DNA from: Lytechinus pictus | Taxonomy: Eukaryota | Assembly: GCF_037042905.1 (NCBI RefSeq) | Contig: NC_087257.1 | Span: 10,602,001 to 10,666,000, forward strand | Direction: 5' to 3' | Length of the DNA stretch: 64,000 nt | Shown: one piece after another, positions 27,437 to 42,187 of the stretch | Layout of the letters: the number at the start of each line of letters is the position of its first letter | Numbering within the stretch: position 1 is the first letter of the stretch | Translations under genes and position numbers: made by a program | The notes under the pieces: generated by a model | Told to the model about the DNA's origin: nothing | The model's input: the letters and a program-made list of their open reading frames with translations, nothing else | The model's database searches: none

Positions 27437-28037
27437 GTAAGTATTGGTGTCTCATAGAGTATCTTCAAAGGGTGCCAGGGTTGGAGGACTCTGCTACAAG
27501 TAGATCAGAGTCAAAGCTTTCTAATTTTCCCTCTTGATAAAGATATGTGAAAATTGCACGTTAGCATCAATGCTCGTTTTCGTATCCATGGTAACTGAAA
27601 TATCTACCAGAATACAAATATCTATGTAAATGATAAAAAGTTTTCAACCGCAAGTTCTTTCATGCTAAAATTGAATGAAAATCGGTTAGATTATACCAAT
27701 ACTTACAAGTTTTTAAGTCATAGCAATGATCAAGCACATTTCAGAGAAGTTGAGTATTAAATTGTATAATTACTATACTTCAAACTTTTAGGGACATGAA
27801 AGAATATTCCCTGAAGGAAAGTGCAAGAATATGATAAAAATATAATGTTTTGAACAAATGGCAATAATTTCTCCAATTGCTTGAGTTTATAAGGCAGTGT
27901 TCACTATCATTTTAAGTACCCGCTGCTACCAGTAGCTGTTTCCAGTATGTATTTAAATTCTATGTAACTATACATGGTATTAAATATTTTTGGAGTTTTG
28001 ACTATAGTTTACCCATCATTCTCACTTTCACCTTCAG

Positions 28038-28211
28038 GGTCAAAGGTTACAGAAGCTAGAAGCCCGCAAGATCAGAGAAGAGAAGGAAGAAGCAGAGCGG
28101 GTCCAAATTGACATTGAAGAAGCCAAATATCAAGCACAAAAGAGAAAAGAAGCCATTGAGAAAGCAAAGACGCTACAGTATTATCAGACAGACAGGGTTA
28201 AAGGATTCCAT
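28038..28211 (+). CDS. CFAP210: CFAP210/CCDC173 exon 3
   Basis: ttcag / gtaagt; GQRLQKLEARK..YYQTDRVKGFH matches the CCDC173 motif QTERVKxFH. Confidence 0.93.
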
Positions 28212-28587
28212 GTAAGTTTAGTTGGTAGATTGCTAATTGGTCTACACACACTTGCAAGTATTCTGAAGTCGGGTTTAAGTTAGACTACTGGCTAACTCTG
28301 TGCTAAAACTATGGAAAGCCAAAAATGTCAAAATTTTCCTTACATTGTATGTTTCTTATGTGCTCTTTCCTAACTCTTGTATGGTGAAGACAGCTGTCTT
28401 ATTTACCCTTTTCAGACAATTAAGAATGATTTGAGAGCCAAAGGAGCCACGATTTATGCCATGATTGGCTATCCATAGTTAAACCACAACTTTCGACCAG
28501 AGTTTAATAAACCCGACGTCAAATTATGGGCCGCTTTGTCTACTTGGTCTCGTCTTAGATGACCTAATCAGACTTTGTCTACTACCA

Positions 28588-28866
28588 GGGCCCCATCTTA
28601 CAAAGAGTTAAGATTCATCCGAGCAACCTCAAATAAATGGAAATTCATCAATGTCAGAAACTTTTCTTTAGCAAATTTGCCCTACAGATGTCCTTTGAAA
28701 AAAAAGAGACTCACACTGAATTTTCAAGAAAACAATGATTGTATGAATATACATGATCATATCTAAAAAATATTTTGAACACAGGTCTAGTTTAGATGTT
28801 GACGTTGCTGGCTTTCCCTAGTTGTGGTTGATCGGATCAGTCGTAACTCTTTGTAAGACGGGGTCC
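28588..28866. mobile_element. MITE
   Basis: gggccccatcttacaaagagtta / taactctttgtaagacggggtcc inverted ends; similar small palindromic MITEs at ~28940-29072, ~33791-33882 and ~33961-34095. Confidence 0.65.
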
Positions 28867-29467
28867 AGTTTGTCCATTAGAATGGATTAGCTATCTGAGA
28901 AGTTGACCATCTGCTTTTAGACCAAGTGAATATAAACCTGGGCCTCTTAACACAAAGCTTAACGATCATTGCAGAACATTGTTTCTACGATTGATTGCAT
29001 TGACAAAATTGTACAATCCATTGTGAAAATCAAGCGTAAGATTAATCGCCAACCTTTGTGTTACGAGACCCTGAATTGAGTGACTGAAAATGATTTCGCT
29101 CATAGAGTGCATGCAAGAAAATTATATTTAGACGTTTTTTCAAGTTTATAGTTTCCTTTATGTAAATTCTAATTCTGATCAGTCTATAAGTAGTCGAAAA
29201 TGGAAAACTTCCTAATTTAATTGTTTCTATAAAACTGCTTTCACTTTTATTTTGAAACACATTTACAACGTGTCAAGCGGGATCCTCTATCTCTCTCTTT
29301 TTTCTTCCTTTATCAGACCCTTAATTTAATTACATTTTACATATTTATAGATCTCTGTGACAACTTCACTAACTCTTATAACTGGCCATAGTACTTGACA
29401 TGCATAAATTTTATCTAACTGCTTTTTATGTGTTCTTTGATATTCTGCTTTGTTTACTGTTTGACAG

Positions 29468-29673
29468 GGAGCCCTACTGCTTACCGAAGTACTGAAAGAG
29501 CGTGACGCACAGTTGGAACTGAAGAAGGCTAGAGAGGCTGCTATGGGAGGCAAGGACAAGGAGCTTTTACTCCGAGAACAGAGGGAGCTTGAAGAAGGTA
29601 TACTAGCAGACCAGGAGAAAGCCCTAAAAAGGCTCCAGGATCGCAAAGTTATCGCAGATTTTCAATCCCAGCA
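29468..29673 (+). CDS. CFAP210: CFAP210/CCDC173 exon 4
   Basis: tgacag / gtaagt; GALLLTEVLKERDAQLE...; ends in phase 2. Confidence 0.93.
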
Positions 29674-29813
29674 GTAAGTCTACTTTTAAAAATCCATATT
29701 ATTATTTTATTTTTATTATTTATATGTTAATCTTAGAAATGGGGGTCTTCACCCTGCAAGCTCTGCTTTTTAGTCGGGTCTCTTTCTCTTTCAATTTCAT
29801 GCTGTTATTGTAT

Positions 29814-31595
29814 TAGTGCTGCAAGTCAGGCGGCATGTTCGGGTTCTGTTCGGTTCGGCAGGGTTCGGCAAATTTTTTCCGAACTTTGGTTCGGTTCGGG
29901 GTTCGGCAATAAATGCGCAATTAAATTATTAACATATAAAACTAGGGATTGCCAACCCTCGAAAAAATTATCCTATTATAATTCTGTCGTATATTTATAA
30001 TAAATTTTGTTTCTAAAAAGAATGGTTATAAAAATTGCTGCATAACTTTCTTTTATTTATTTCAATCTTGAAACCAAAAATAAGAGTCATTTCTACTTTC
30101 ATTTTTAAATTGAATAAAAAAAAACCAAAGAAAATAATGTTGATAACGAGAGAATGAGGACAGAAACAGAATTACAAAGAACAGAATATTTTTTTGTTCA
30201 TTGATTATTCCATGTAGATATGATCATGATCGATTACAATGCCATTGCAAACGCAGCTTCTCCGATTGGAAAGTGTTGATCGGGAATGTCGGAATAGTAG
30301 ACAAACAACCTCCACTCAACTGTTATACTGGTAAAATTCACATTCCAAAGAATATGAAATCTTTTAAAAAGTCCCTATTTTCCGAAAAGTGGTTAAATCT
30401 GGTCAATCAATTACTTTAAAAAGATAAAATATCAGTCCATTCTTGGTCCCGAAAGATCGACACTAGAGTGACTTCAAACATATTTCCAACACGAAAATGA
30501 GTACATGGGACTGTACTGTGTATTTTAGTGTTATGAAATCACTCTGCGTTGATCGTCAGAACCAAGACGGAACTGAAAATTTATCATTTCATTTTCAGTA
30601 AATGACCAGATTAAACAACTTTTTAGAAAATATTGACAATGGAAAAACATTTCAAATTCGGAATATGAATTTTACCAGCATAATAGCAACTGAGAGCAGG
30701 TTGTTTGGACTTCCTGTTTCAACTTTCCTTATCAACCATTTCCGGTACACGATCAGGGAACATGCGTTGACTTGCTTTGAATTTTTATCTTTTCTGTTTT
30801 TTCTAACCTCATTCCTTCATCTCTTATTTATTTATCTTTGATATTGATATGTATATTTCAGAAGGTGAAATATACATACTTTACCATTACTTTGTCAGTC
30901 ACAAGGAATGAATTTATGTCAGTTTTTTTTCTATTATTAAATACAAAACAATTACATGTACGCCCGATCACAATCATGATCGATTACAGTTATACGTAAT
31001 TCAACTACACTTTTTAACCGAGTTTAGCTTAAAATGTTCCCACATTTTATGAGAAAAAAAAAAATTCATGGTAATAAAAAAACTGAGACTGATAAAAATT
31101 CAATCAAAGACAAGACCGAAACTGTCATACTTTGTCATTTACGAGGAATGAATTTATGTCTTGTCCTTTTTCTTAATTAAATAGAAAACAATTAGGTCCG
31201 ATTACGATCACGATCGATTACGGCAATACGTAATTCAACCACACTTTTATACCGAGTTTAGCTTCAAATGTCCCCTCATTTAATGAAGAAAAAATATATT
31301 CATGTTAATAAAATATTCTTAAGTTGATAACAATTCAATCAAAGACAAGATGTGAGCTTAAATAGTGGATTAAAAAAATATTTTGTGTGGAATTCTTATT
31401 GTGCACAATCACTAACCAATATTTTTGTTTCATTTTATATTTTAATATATGTAGTCCCCGCTTTATTTATATTACGTAGTAAAATAAATGTGCCTAATTT
31501 TTTTCTTACCGAACCACCGAACTAGGCCTTTGTGTTCGGTCCGGTTCGGAAGTGCCAAGTTTGGCGAACTTCCGTTCGGTTCGGCTACAGCACTA
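29814..31595. mobile_element. hAT non-autonomous element in CFAP210 intron 4
   Basis: TAGTGCTG / CAGCACTA ends, perfect 8-bp TSD TATTGTAT, GTTCG subterminal repeats, internal ~240-bp tandem duplication (~30880-31350). Confidence 0.85.
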
Positions 31596-32212
31596 TATTG
31601 TATTGTATGAATTGATCACATGTTGTCTATATGTAAATTGCACTATCATTGTAAATATGAAAAGATAGAAAGAGGAAACGAAATGAATTGAATATGACTA
31701 TTAGGGGCAGTGATTTTCCATTTCAGAACTTTGTTTTCCTTTTATAAAAACCTGTAATGCTGTTTCAAACTTTATCTATTAAAGTGGAAATTGCATGTTG
31801 TCATAGAAATGTACAGAGCGAAAAACATGATTTCTGTTTGGCAAAGGTAAATTCAATGAATTTTTACTTGATAGTAGTTTGTTCATAAATTTGATATTAG
31901 TGTCTAGTGTAAGTCCAGTAGTTTTGGTGAATCCTACAAACAAAGCGATTCTACTTATGATACAGTAGTGATAAGTGCTGTATAAGCATACATATTATAA
32001 ATATCTAAAGGACAGTTAGATGAATAAATATTCGTTCAATGTAGTGTTCTAGAAATTTGTTATATTTTGTTAAATTCAATTAAATCTTAATTTTAATGTG
32101 TGGATGCACAAATATTCCTTCAAATGTTGTATTCTGGAATTTTTTTATTATTTGCTAAATTTATTTAAAACTTTTAACATTCCCCCCCCCCTCCAATTTT
32201 ACATATTTGTAG

Positions 32213-32509
32213 GGTTCAAGAACACTTACAGCAGAGTGAAATTGACAAGATCCAGGATGTGCGCGAGGGACGGGAACTCAAAGAACAGGTGGATTACTAC
32301 AACGCAGAGCGCGCCAAGATTGAACGTATCCGTCTCGGTGAGAAGCAGGACCTGATGCACTCGCATCTCAAGACCGTAGCCGACCGGGACTTGATCCGCG
32401 CCGCCCAGCAGCAGAAAGAGGAGGAGGAGGAAGAGGAGATCCGCATCTTTGCAGCAGCGAAATCAAAGATGACAAAGCTGAGGCGGGAGAGGGAGAAAGA
32501 ACTTTGGCA
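32213..32509 (+). CDS. CFAP210: CFAP210/CCDC173 exon 5
   Basis: ttgtag / gtaagt; coiled-coil E/K/R/Q-rich; phases 2/2 consistent. Confidence 0.92.
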
Positions 32510-33146
32510 GTAAGTGTACCCCTAATTGCACTTTCGGGTGTCTACAAATCAACAACCTTTTCTGATAGTTATTATTTTCAATCCAACCTAGAAGAATTTT
32601 TTTTTCCTCAGAATCAAAATGTCACTGACTTCAGAGCATCTTGTGTTTTGAGGTTTCATATAATCAAGAGCAATATACTAGCTAAGGCTAGCCAGCACGT
32701 GTGACATTTAGTTTGTTAAGTCATGAAAACTGGTGTTCATTTCCTCAGGAAAGTCATAAAACGTTAGAGCAGTTTGAGAAATCCTGGAATTTCAAATTTG
32801 ACATAGTTTACATGTAGGAATGTTTAGACATTTTGACGAGACTGGCTACTTGTCCAACATAAATCATGTACTGTATTCCTTTCATAATACTTTTTTTTTC
32901 TATGAATTGTAGCCTTGTATCATACAATGTATACCCCTCCCCCTACAAATCCAGCAAATGTAGATTGCAATTTTACATTCTGTGTAAGATTTTGTAGTTT
33001 TCATATGCAAAACACGTGATAATAACATCTGCTATTCAAATTTTGTGTTTTGTTTTTTTCTTTAGTCCCTGTACCATGTATCCAAGTTATCAACTGATAT
33101 CTGACTTCTTAAATAAGCTTCCTAAACCTTTTTTTTTCTTCTATAG

Positions 33147-33329
33147 ACAAAGACAAGACCATGTGAATCGTATGGTGAATGATCTTGACAGCCAACATAA
33201 GGCAAAGGCTGATGATGAAGACGATCGAATCGCCAAGGCAGTAGCCGACCGGGAAGCCGCCAGGGAGAAGGAGATGCAAGAGAAAGAAGCCAGGCTGGAG
33301 GAAGATCTCAAACAGATGGCTATTCACAG
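33147..33329 (+). CDS. CFAP210: CFAP210/CCDC173 exon 6
   Basis: ctatag / gtcagt; QRQDHVNRM..AIHR; phases 2/2. Confidence 0.9.
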
Positions 33330-34166
33330 GTCAGTTACAATTGCTTTCATTGTCAGGCGCCCTTATTGGGAAGTCGGTTAAACTTTGACCTTGGTCTAAT
33401 TCAATGCTTTAATTATGGGAAGCCAAAATTTCTAAATTTGTTTGCAATGTATTTTTGCATTGTTTGTTCCCATAATTTTGATGTTGAAGAGACTTATTTA
33501 TTTTATCTGCATGTAGACCATTACGGATGATCTTAGTGTCATATGAGCTAATGGATTTAGCTTTTTTTCTACTTTTAAAGATATGTGACGCATTTGGCTC
33601 TCCATATTTATATCATGACAAGAAAGGAATTTAACAACTTATTCATGATACATGTACATGTAGTGCTGCCATTTTGTTTTCATGTAATGAGGTACTCGAT
33701 AAGCGTTGCATTCAACTTTAATACTTGTAACCAGTATTGAAGTTTAATGTAACAACACTTGTCAACAGTTGTTTGACCTTATCCTTCTTCTGGGGCCCAT
33801 AACCCAAAGCTTGGCATTGTAGGACATTTTTGTACGATTGATTGACTACAACGAAGATTAATCGCTAGTGTTACGGGCCCCTGGATGCAGCTTTGATGGC
33901 TAGCATTGTTTGTGAGAAGGCTTTAGACAAACCATGTGGCCGGAACACAATATTGATTCCTGGGCCCTGTAACATAGCTTTATAGCGTTTGATCGCGGTG
34001 CTGTTTTTTACGACTGATCATGTACAATAAACAATGTAATCAATCATACAAATCAGCCCCATGTTCTATCGCTAAGCTTGATGTTACAGGGCCTTGATCT
34101 CGGGCTAATTAAAATGATTGGGTGCCACAAAGTTAATCTTGAGCTTCCGGCTCTTTTACTTTTCAG

Positions 34167-34701
34167 AACTCAGCAAATGAAGCAGAAGGAGAAAGAGGAA
34201 CGTCAAGAGAGACGCCGCGAGCTGGAGGCCCTCCACCTGAAGATGGAGGCAGATCGCCTCTTCGCCAAGAAGCAGGAGGAAAAGATAAAGCAGATTAGAA
34301 GCGAGAATGAAAACCTCAAGAGCTTCCACGGCAAGCAGATCGAAGAGCATCGCGAGGTGGAGCTGATGAACCGTGCCGAACAACTCGAAATGGACAAGAA
34401 GAATATCGATCTGCTGGCCGTGGAGGAGCAGCAGTTCCAGGAGTATGCAGGAAAGGTCATCAAGCACTGCAAGGAAGGAGGACGCAACGTCTATCCTCTT
34501 GAGAAGGCAGCCAGGGAAGGACATGGCGGTGGCCACGGACCTGTCTTCGATGGCAAGGGTGGTATCCGGCCGAGCTATCTGACCAACGACAGAGTCGGGG
34601 TCGAGCTGCCTTACTACCAAAAAGGAAGCACTGACGAGGTTAAATACGCACATATCGGGAAGCCCTCCAACACAAGGAAGCGTCTAGGATTCGTTTGGTA
34701 G
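34167..34701 (+). CDS. CFAP210: CFAP210/CCDC173 exon 7 (terminal)
   Basis: tttcag acceptor; GPVFDGKGGIRPSY..GVELP..RKRLGFVW* matches the CCDC173 C-terminus; total CDS 1689 nt = 562 aa; AATAAA at 35169. Confidence 0.95.
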
Positions 34702-37700
34702 ATGGCTAGATGTTTAAACCGCAAACTGGACTTGTTGGACAATGCTGCCATATTTGAGGTTCCCTGCACATTATTCTGTGTCTAAAAAGAATTTTTAAGC
34801 AACCGGTTTATCTACAATGTGTGGTATTTGGACCAACATATCTTTGTTAATAAGAATGAACGCGAGTGGTCGGAGAACTGGTTTATGACATCAGAAGTTG
34901 TGAACCTGCCTGGCCTGTAGATAAATGTAAATATCAGAAAATTTATCATACAAGAATGATTATGTGGGTATTATGTGAGTATTTCAGGGTGATATGATGT
35001 AAAATCACACCAAGAACTGTTAATTTCTTTCTTCCATGGTAATTTATGCTTCTTTGTCTCAAACCGTCCTCTATGAAATATCTTTACTATGCATTCTCTA
35101 AAAGAAAAGGACTCTGAGTGTTAGGTATACATGTATATGATGAACAGTAGAATTGTGCCTTGAAATGTAATAAATGGAAATTTGTTGAGCATTACATGAT
35201 TTGCACCTTGTACAATAGCAACAAAAATAATTATTACCCTAAAATGATTTTGGTTTGGAGTCTATTCATTCCGTCCAATTTGTATTAAGAAAAATAATTA
35301 TATCTGGCAAAAATACCTTGGATAGCAATTTATATTGACACAGAATAGATAAGAAGAATATCTGGTTGATTAAGTCACACAGTCAAAACCTGTTGAACAG
35401 AATCTGTATCACATAAAGGGTTAATTGGACTCAAAGAGCCAGTCACGTACATGTGCATGAATTTTTACATGTTTTGCAAATTTGTTGATAAATACCCAAT
35501 ATAGTGCCTGCCTGCCTCGTGGTCAAACTAATGAATTAATGCTGTGTCATGTTTTACATCAAGTTATGACTGAAGTTTACATGTAACTTGAGGAGGTGCT
35601 CAAAAGTTAGTGAACCCCACCAGAAAAGAAACATAGTCTTCACAAGTTCCGCCATGTTTTAGATATTTAATTGTGAAATCAGGTGATAAAATATTACATT
35701 TGATAAAAGCTTGTTTCTCTGGGTTCATTAACATTGTAGTGTTGTTGTCTACATTCAACACTCAGCATGAAAGAGTGAATTTTGTGGTGGGGTTCACTAA
35801 CTTTCGAGCACAACTGTATTATCTCAGTAAAGTCCTTTCTGCTGAGAATGATAAAGTCACCCTGTCAAATGACATCGTTCCTAATTTTAAACCTTTCCCT
35901 GGCGTGTTCAAATGCTTAAAACATATGCTTTCTTTTGATTCTTCACTCCTGCGGCATTGTTAATGAAACTTTCTATATTAACACATCTGCAATTTCAGTA
36001 TAAAGCTACTAAAGTCATTTAATTTGATTGGCTGATAGTAAACTTGTTATAGAAATTGTGCATGTTATTATAACAAGTCTTTATGATATGAGCCCGTGCC
36101 CTCAGATGATTGAACTGGGGTGTTTCATAAAAGGTTAAGTCCGACTAAATGTCAGGCTTGAGTGCCAATGCACACATAAGTCATTGATGAATATTTTAGA
36201 GAGTTTTTCATCTCATGTCCGTGATCTGACCAATGTGATGATGCATCATATGCTGCAAGCAACTGGAAATTAATCCCAAAATAGACTGGGCTATTTCGAC
36301 GCCTAAGAATACGGGGGGGGGGCCTGATTCGGCCCCCCTTATGATCTCGATTGCAACTTCAGTATATTAAATTCAAATGAACAACTTCTTTATTAAATGT
36401 AGCATATATCATTCATTCTGATTATCCCATGCAATAGGTTAAATCATTTTATACCTGTCAATTCAAGGACCAAACAGATCTGAGGAAAGTTAGAACTGCG
36501 CTTATAATAATGGTTTGATGATTCACATAAAGAAAGAGATAAATACACTTTTTTTTCAGGAAGAGTTTTATTTGATTTCAAATGATGTGTATCACTAGGA
36601 AGCACACATGTACATGTATATAAATAAAATTCTACATATAATATAATTCAGTAGAAATTGGCAAATAGTAATACATAAATTTACCCACATATTTCCATTA
36701 TGCATAAGTACACGTACTACGTTATAATAATGTATTCCACAAGGCCTTTAATATTTGGCAAAACTTTGTTCAGTGTTAAAACTGTAAATAATAATTCATG
36801 TTGAATAATTATCCATAATAAATATCCTGAAAAGGAAAAATGTTAAAAAACACGTGTTGCTTGTTGTCATTTTGTAAGTAGTTTGCTAAGATTTGTGGCT
36901 GTTTAATAGATAAAATGTGATATCACATACATCAAACAGGGTTAATCATAGATAAAGTGTGACACATTCAAGACTGGTTCAATAATGTAAGAAATCAAGG
37001 TCACATGGAACATACATTAATGTTTTGATGCAACAATGCAATGCATTTTGTTCTTATTTCTTTATCAAAATTACTGCAATTTGTTTCCTCTGTTTGAAAA
37101 AAAAAATGCATAGAGTAGGGGTAGTATACTATTTCATAACAAAAATATTCTGTTTACCTCCCTGAATCTTGCGAAGCTGTTCACAATCCTGGCACCTTGC
37201 TTTATACATATTTTTAAAAACAAAAACTGCAAACTTGACACAGAAGCACTCTTTTTTCTCATAAAATCAACTGCAATCAAAAAGTACACACACACACATT
37301 GGAAAAATTCTTGCATAATACTTCAACTCTCAAACCTATTACCATGAGAGTTATACAGACAAAGATACAATTTTATCTGAATTCTGAAAACCTCTAATGA
37401 AGAGTACTTTATGAAGTACTGGCAATAAAAATTATTTTGTTAAATTTCTCATAAAAATTATTTTCAATGTATTTCAGCTGAGAAGCAGATATCTTTGGAT
37501 GTGATATGATATATACGATCAAATTTTAGCTGAAAATGGACAGAAAATCATCACACATGTTGAAAATAATACATACATTCCAGTAAAAGCCTGATTTTTC
37601 AAAACACAATATTACTATCACATATAAATGAATATAAAATCTGAGAATATATAATGTGGGAATAAGTTTTTTATGAAATGCATAGATTAACAGCAGCCAC

Positions 37701-38007
37701 AAATCAAGGGTTAAAAAACACAAAAAAACTGCATCACCACTCACAAATTTGCCAGGCACAAAAAAGAACCCCCCCCAAAAAAAAAAAAAAAGTTGTCCCC
37801 ACAAAGAGACCATTTTCGGCCTCGTCATCCCTAGAAAACCCCATTGAAGAAAATTGGCCTTTGCTACAAGTGAAACTTTATTGTAAATAAAGTTTCACTT
37901 GTATAATAAAGTGAAAGAAATGAAAATGAGAGAATAGATACGTAGAAGAAGCTTTAGTCAATGTCCCTCAGAGCTGTCATCCATTCTGAATCAAAGGTTG
38001 AAAAAAT

Positions 38008-38064
38008 GCCTCTGCCGGGAATCGAACCCGGGTCTCTAGCTGAGAATGCCAAGAGAGTTGCCAC
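38008..38064 (-). pseudogene. 5'-truncated tRNA-like fragment (Glu-CTC-like) or SINE head
   Basis: Minus strand ...ttggcattctcagctagagacCCGGGTTCGATTCCCGGcagaggca has a T-arm/B box; the 5' acceptor strand is absent. Confidence 0.5.
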
Positions 38065-40049
38065 AAGTTTTTTTCATTTATCTACTTTATTTCTATATTA
38101 TATACATGTAGTTGTTTGGAGGTGTTGGAGGTTGGCAGATGGAGATATCCCCAAAAATGTTTTCAACAAAAGAATTTCACTTCTTCTTGTCAATTTTTTG
38201 TTATCTATACTATGGTATCATTTTTCAAAGAAAAAAAATATATAGAAATTTACAGTTGAACTCATAAAATATGTATACAAATCACTTCCTTTATATTATA
38301 TAATAATGGTTACTTCATGTAATGCCAATAAAAAAGACATTAATCAATCAGTAAAATTATTTTGAATCTTAATTATTACACCTTTGATTTAATTTCATTT
38401 AATGTGAATTATATTGGCAAGACTAAGATAACCATATACACTGCATGCAAAAAAAAAAATGATCATGAATAAATCAACGGCATTAAACAAAAAATTGTAG
38501 GTGTTTTTTAATTCTTTCACCGTATAGGACTAGAAAATCAGAATGATTCATTGTTTAGTTCATCTGCTATGGAACACTTGAAACAATATTTTTAATTTTT
38601 GTAGATTTGACAAATAAGGACCAACTTGACTGAACCATTATGTTAAAACAATGGTAATACCACATGTTCAGGGAGGAATAAAAATTTGTTTAATAGGAAA
38701 ACGGAGAAAATTTGAATATTTCAAATTTCATATAATAAAATGCAACAGAAATAGTGAGTGAGAGATGTCATCAGTCCCCTCATTTGCATACCGACCAGGA
38801 TGTGAATATAACTGTTTTGTAAAATTAAGCAAAACTTTAATATGTCATAACTTTCTTATTTTACATCCGATTTAGATGAAATTTTTTAGTGTTATGCTTG
38901 TTGGATTTTTTTCTTTTTATTCGAGTAAACTTTTTGTTGGGGTGGACTTGTCCTTTAAATGAAAATAAAAACATTGGCGAAGGAAGGCATTAGATTTAAT
39001 TCTAAACCTTAATAGCAGAGCAGGATACTTGTCATATTTGAATTCTGATAGATAAAAAAATACATTGCATGACTACTACACTTTCCCAATATAATTCACG
39101 TTCAATGCTACTAGAGCATAATTCAAATTACTGACCCTCTACGAAAGCTTTAGAAAGGCTTTGATAATAAAGCATTCCAAAACCTTTTACATTACAACTG
39201 AAAAAGAAAATAGTCATGACACTTACAACAAATTGTTTGGCCATTATCAACAAGATCAAAGCCATTATTTATATCTTGACAAAAACATTAAAAAATATTC
39301 CTGTATATTATTGCACCTTTTGAAATATTGTTGGCATTAAAACACTACGAAAAAAAATAGGTGGAACATGCTACCAAAAAAAAATAGAACATGCATGATA
39401 GAGCCTTTGCCATTGTGTCATATTTTTATCAAAGCTCCTAGACCTGGGGAGCATTTCACGATACAAAAAAATCTGTGATTTTCCACTTTGTACTGTTATA
39501 AGCTACTGAAATCCATACGTCTGATTGGCTAAGAGCAAATAAGTCACTGAAAATCACTGACTAAATTGATCGTGAAACACTCCTCAGGGAAAGGCTGGAT
39601 AACTCGGCCAAAGATTCAGGTATATAATGTATAATAAATGTACCTAAATCTTTCCATACAAATCAAAATTGTATATTATCATGTATAGGTTAAAACTTTA
39701 CATATATATATATCCATCCGTTTGCAATTTCTTTTACAAAATAAAGGTTCTTTGAGCTTCAAGCTGAATTCATCTTCTCATTATTTTATTCCTACCATTA
39801 AAGCATCACATGGTATGGAAAAGAAGATCTTTGGATAATAAGTAATTTTTACCTTATTTTGCCAGCATCTACCGCAATTATCTTTATACTCCAGCTTGTA
39901 TTCAGACAAATACATGTATCTTTGTCTCCTCAATATTGGTCTTCTGTATTGCTGTTGACCTAGTAGTATTGCTTTTGTTTCTGAATTACTTACGTGGTCT
40001 ACTAGCAGTTGGTCTGATCCTCAAATCATGTACACCATTAAGGCTGAAC

Positions 40050-41470
40050 CCACTTGGTCTACTCTCAGTTCGTCTTACACCATCATGGCTAAACGCACTT
40101 GTTCTACTAGCAGATGGTCTAACTCTCAGTTCGTCTAACACCATCATGGATAAACGCACTTGTTCTACTAGCAGATGGTCTAACTCTCAGTTCGTCTAAC
40201 ACCATCATGGTTAAACGCATTTGGTCTACTAGCAGATGGTCTAACTCTCACCATCATGGCTAAACGCACTTGTTCTACTAGCAGATGGTCTAACTCTCAG
40301 TTCGTCTAACACCATCATGGCTAAACCCACTTGGTCTACTTGCAGATGGTCTAATTCTCAGTTCGTCTAACACCATCATGGCTAAACGCACTTGTTCTAC
40401 TAGCAGATGGTCTAACTCTCAGTTTGTCTAACACCACCATGGCTAAACCCACTTGGTCTATTTGCAGATGGTCTAACTCTCAGTTTGTCTAACACCATCA
40501 TGGCTAAACCCACTTGGTCTACTTGCAGATGGTCTAATTCTCAGTTTGTCTAACACCATCATGGCTAAACCCACTTGGTCTACTAGCAGATGGTCTAATT
40601 CTCAGTTTGTCTAACACCATCAAGGCTAAATGCATTTGGTCTACTAGCAGATGGTCTAACTCTCAGTTCGTCTAACACCATCATGGCTAAACGCACTTGG
40701 TCTACTAGCAGATGGTCTAACTCTCAGTTTGTCTTAACACCACCATGGCTAAACGCATTTGGTCTACTAGCAGATGGTTTAACTCTCAGTTTGTCTAACA
40801 CCATCATGGCTAAACCCACTTGGTCTATTAGCAGATGGTCTAACTCTCAGTTTGTCTAACACCATCATGGCTAAACCCACTTGGTCTACTAGCAGATGGT
40901 CTAATTCTCAGTTTGTCTAACACCATCAAGGCTAAATGCATTTGGTCTACTAGCAGATGGTCTAACTCTCAGTTCGTCTAACACCATCATGGCTAAACGC
41001 ACTTGGTCTACTAGCAGATGGTCTAACTCTCAGTTCGTCTAACACCATCATGGCTAAATGTACTTGGTCTACTAGCAGATGGTTTAACTCTCAGTTTGTC
41101 TAACACCATCATGGCTAAACCCACTTGGTCTACTTGCAGATGTTCTAACTCTCAGTTTGTCTAACACCGTCATGGCTAAATGTACTTGGTCTACTAGCAG
41201 ATGGTTTAACTCTCAGCTCGTCTAACACCATCATGGCTAAACCCACTTGGTCTATTAGCAGATGGTCTAACTCTCAGTTCGTCTAACACCATCATGGCAA
41301 AACCCACTTGGTCTACTTGCAGATCGTCTAACACCATCATGGCTAAACCCACTTGGTCTATTAGCAGATGGTTTAACTCTCAGTTCGTCTAACACCATCA
41401 TGGCTAAACCCACTTGGTCTACTTGCAGATCGTCTATAACACCACCATGGCTAAATTCACCTGGTCTACT
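40050..41470 (+). repeat. 61-bp minisatellite, ~23 units, made of four ~15-bp subunits
   Basis: Unit accatcatggctaaacgcacttggtctactagcagatggtctaactctcagttcgtctaac starts at 40079, 40140, 40201, 40311, 40372 ... 41441. Confidence 0.95.
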
Positions 41471-41899
41471 ACCTATCTGGTTCTAGTTTGGCCCAGGCAT
41501 CACTTGGTCTAATATTCAATTGGACGAACTGTCATTTCGTCTAATGCCACGAAGGTCTAATCTGTATTTCATCTACTTATCATTTTTCACTTTGACAAAT
41601 CAAAATTTTAGGTTAAAATGCAGTTCATAAAATCATACGTGTAGTTTCAGATGACGTCAAAGTGGAGGGGATAACATTGGGAAACCTGTGCATTAGATCA
41701 TAAAAACAATGATTTATCACAGCTTGATGCACAGGTTTTTATTGTTTATCCTCTAACATGTCTGCATGTGGGATCTCTCTATAGAGTAAGTTGAGCTACT
41801 CCAAGAGCATATTAGACGAAATGGGTGTGGCCAATACTGGAAATAGACAAAATGGTACATGGGCCAAATGGCAAAGTTATGGTTGATCACATGGTTAGT

Positions 41900-42187
41900 A
41901 ATAATTAATAACAAACTATATTGTGCAATTCATACATATACTCAACTGCGCCTTACAAAAATGTTATTATTATCATTATGACCCCGGCTATAGCCGTGCT
42001 GCCTACAGGCGCCCTGGCATTCAAGGAATTTCTTCCTACCGGGTACCCAGTCGCCTCACCTGGGTTGAGTGCAGCACAATGTGGGAAAATTTCTTGCTGA
42101 AGGAAAACACGACCACGGCTGGGAATCGAACCCATGTCCCTAAGATTGAAAGATGAGAGTCATCACCACAAGACCATTACGCCCCCA
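41900..42187 (-). mobile_element. tRNA-derived SINE (same family as 17707)
   Basis: Minus-strand B box GGTTCGATTCC, cactcaacccaggtgaggcgactgggtacc core, AT-rich simple-repeat tail. Confidence 0.8.

Noticed and set aside
34156-34653. Antisense ORFs over CFAP210 exons (also 29326-29646 and 33109-33327)
   Set aside because: Shadow ORFs of coiled-coil coding sequence
38008-38064. Functional tRNA gene
   Set aside because: Lacks the 5' acceptor strand and an intact D arm
40050-41470. CRISPR-like array or hammerhead-ribozyme satellite
   Set aside because: No unique spacers, no cas genes and a eukaryotic context; the minus strand has CTGAGA but no GAAA core for a hammerhead
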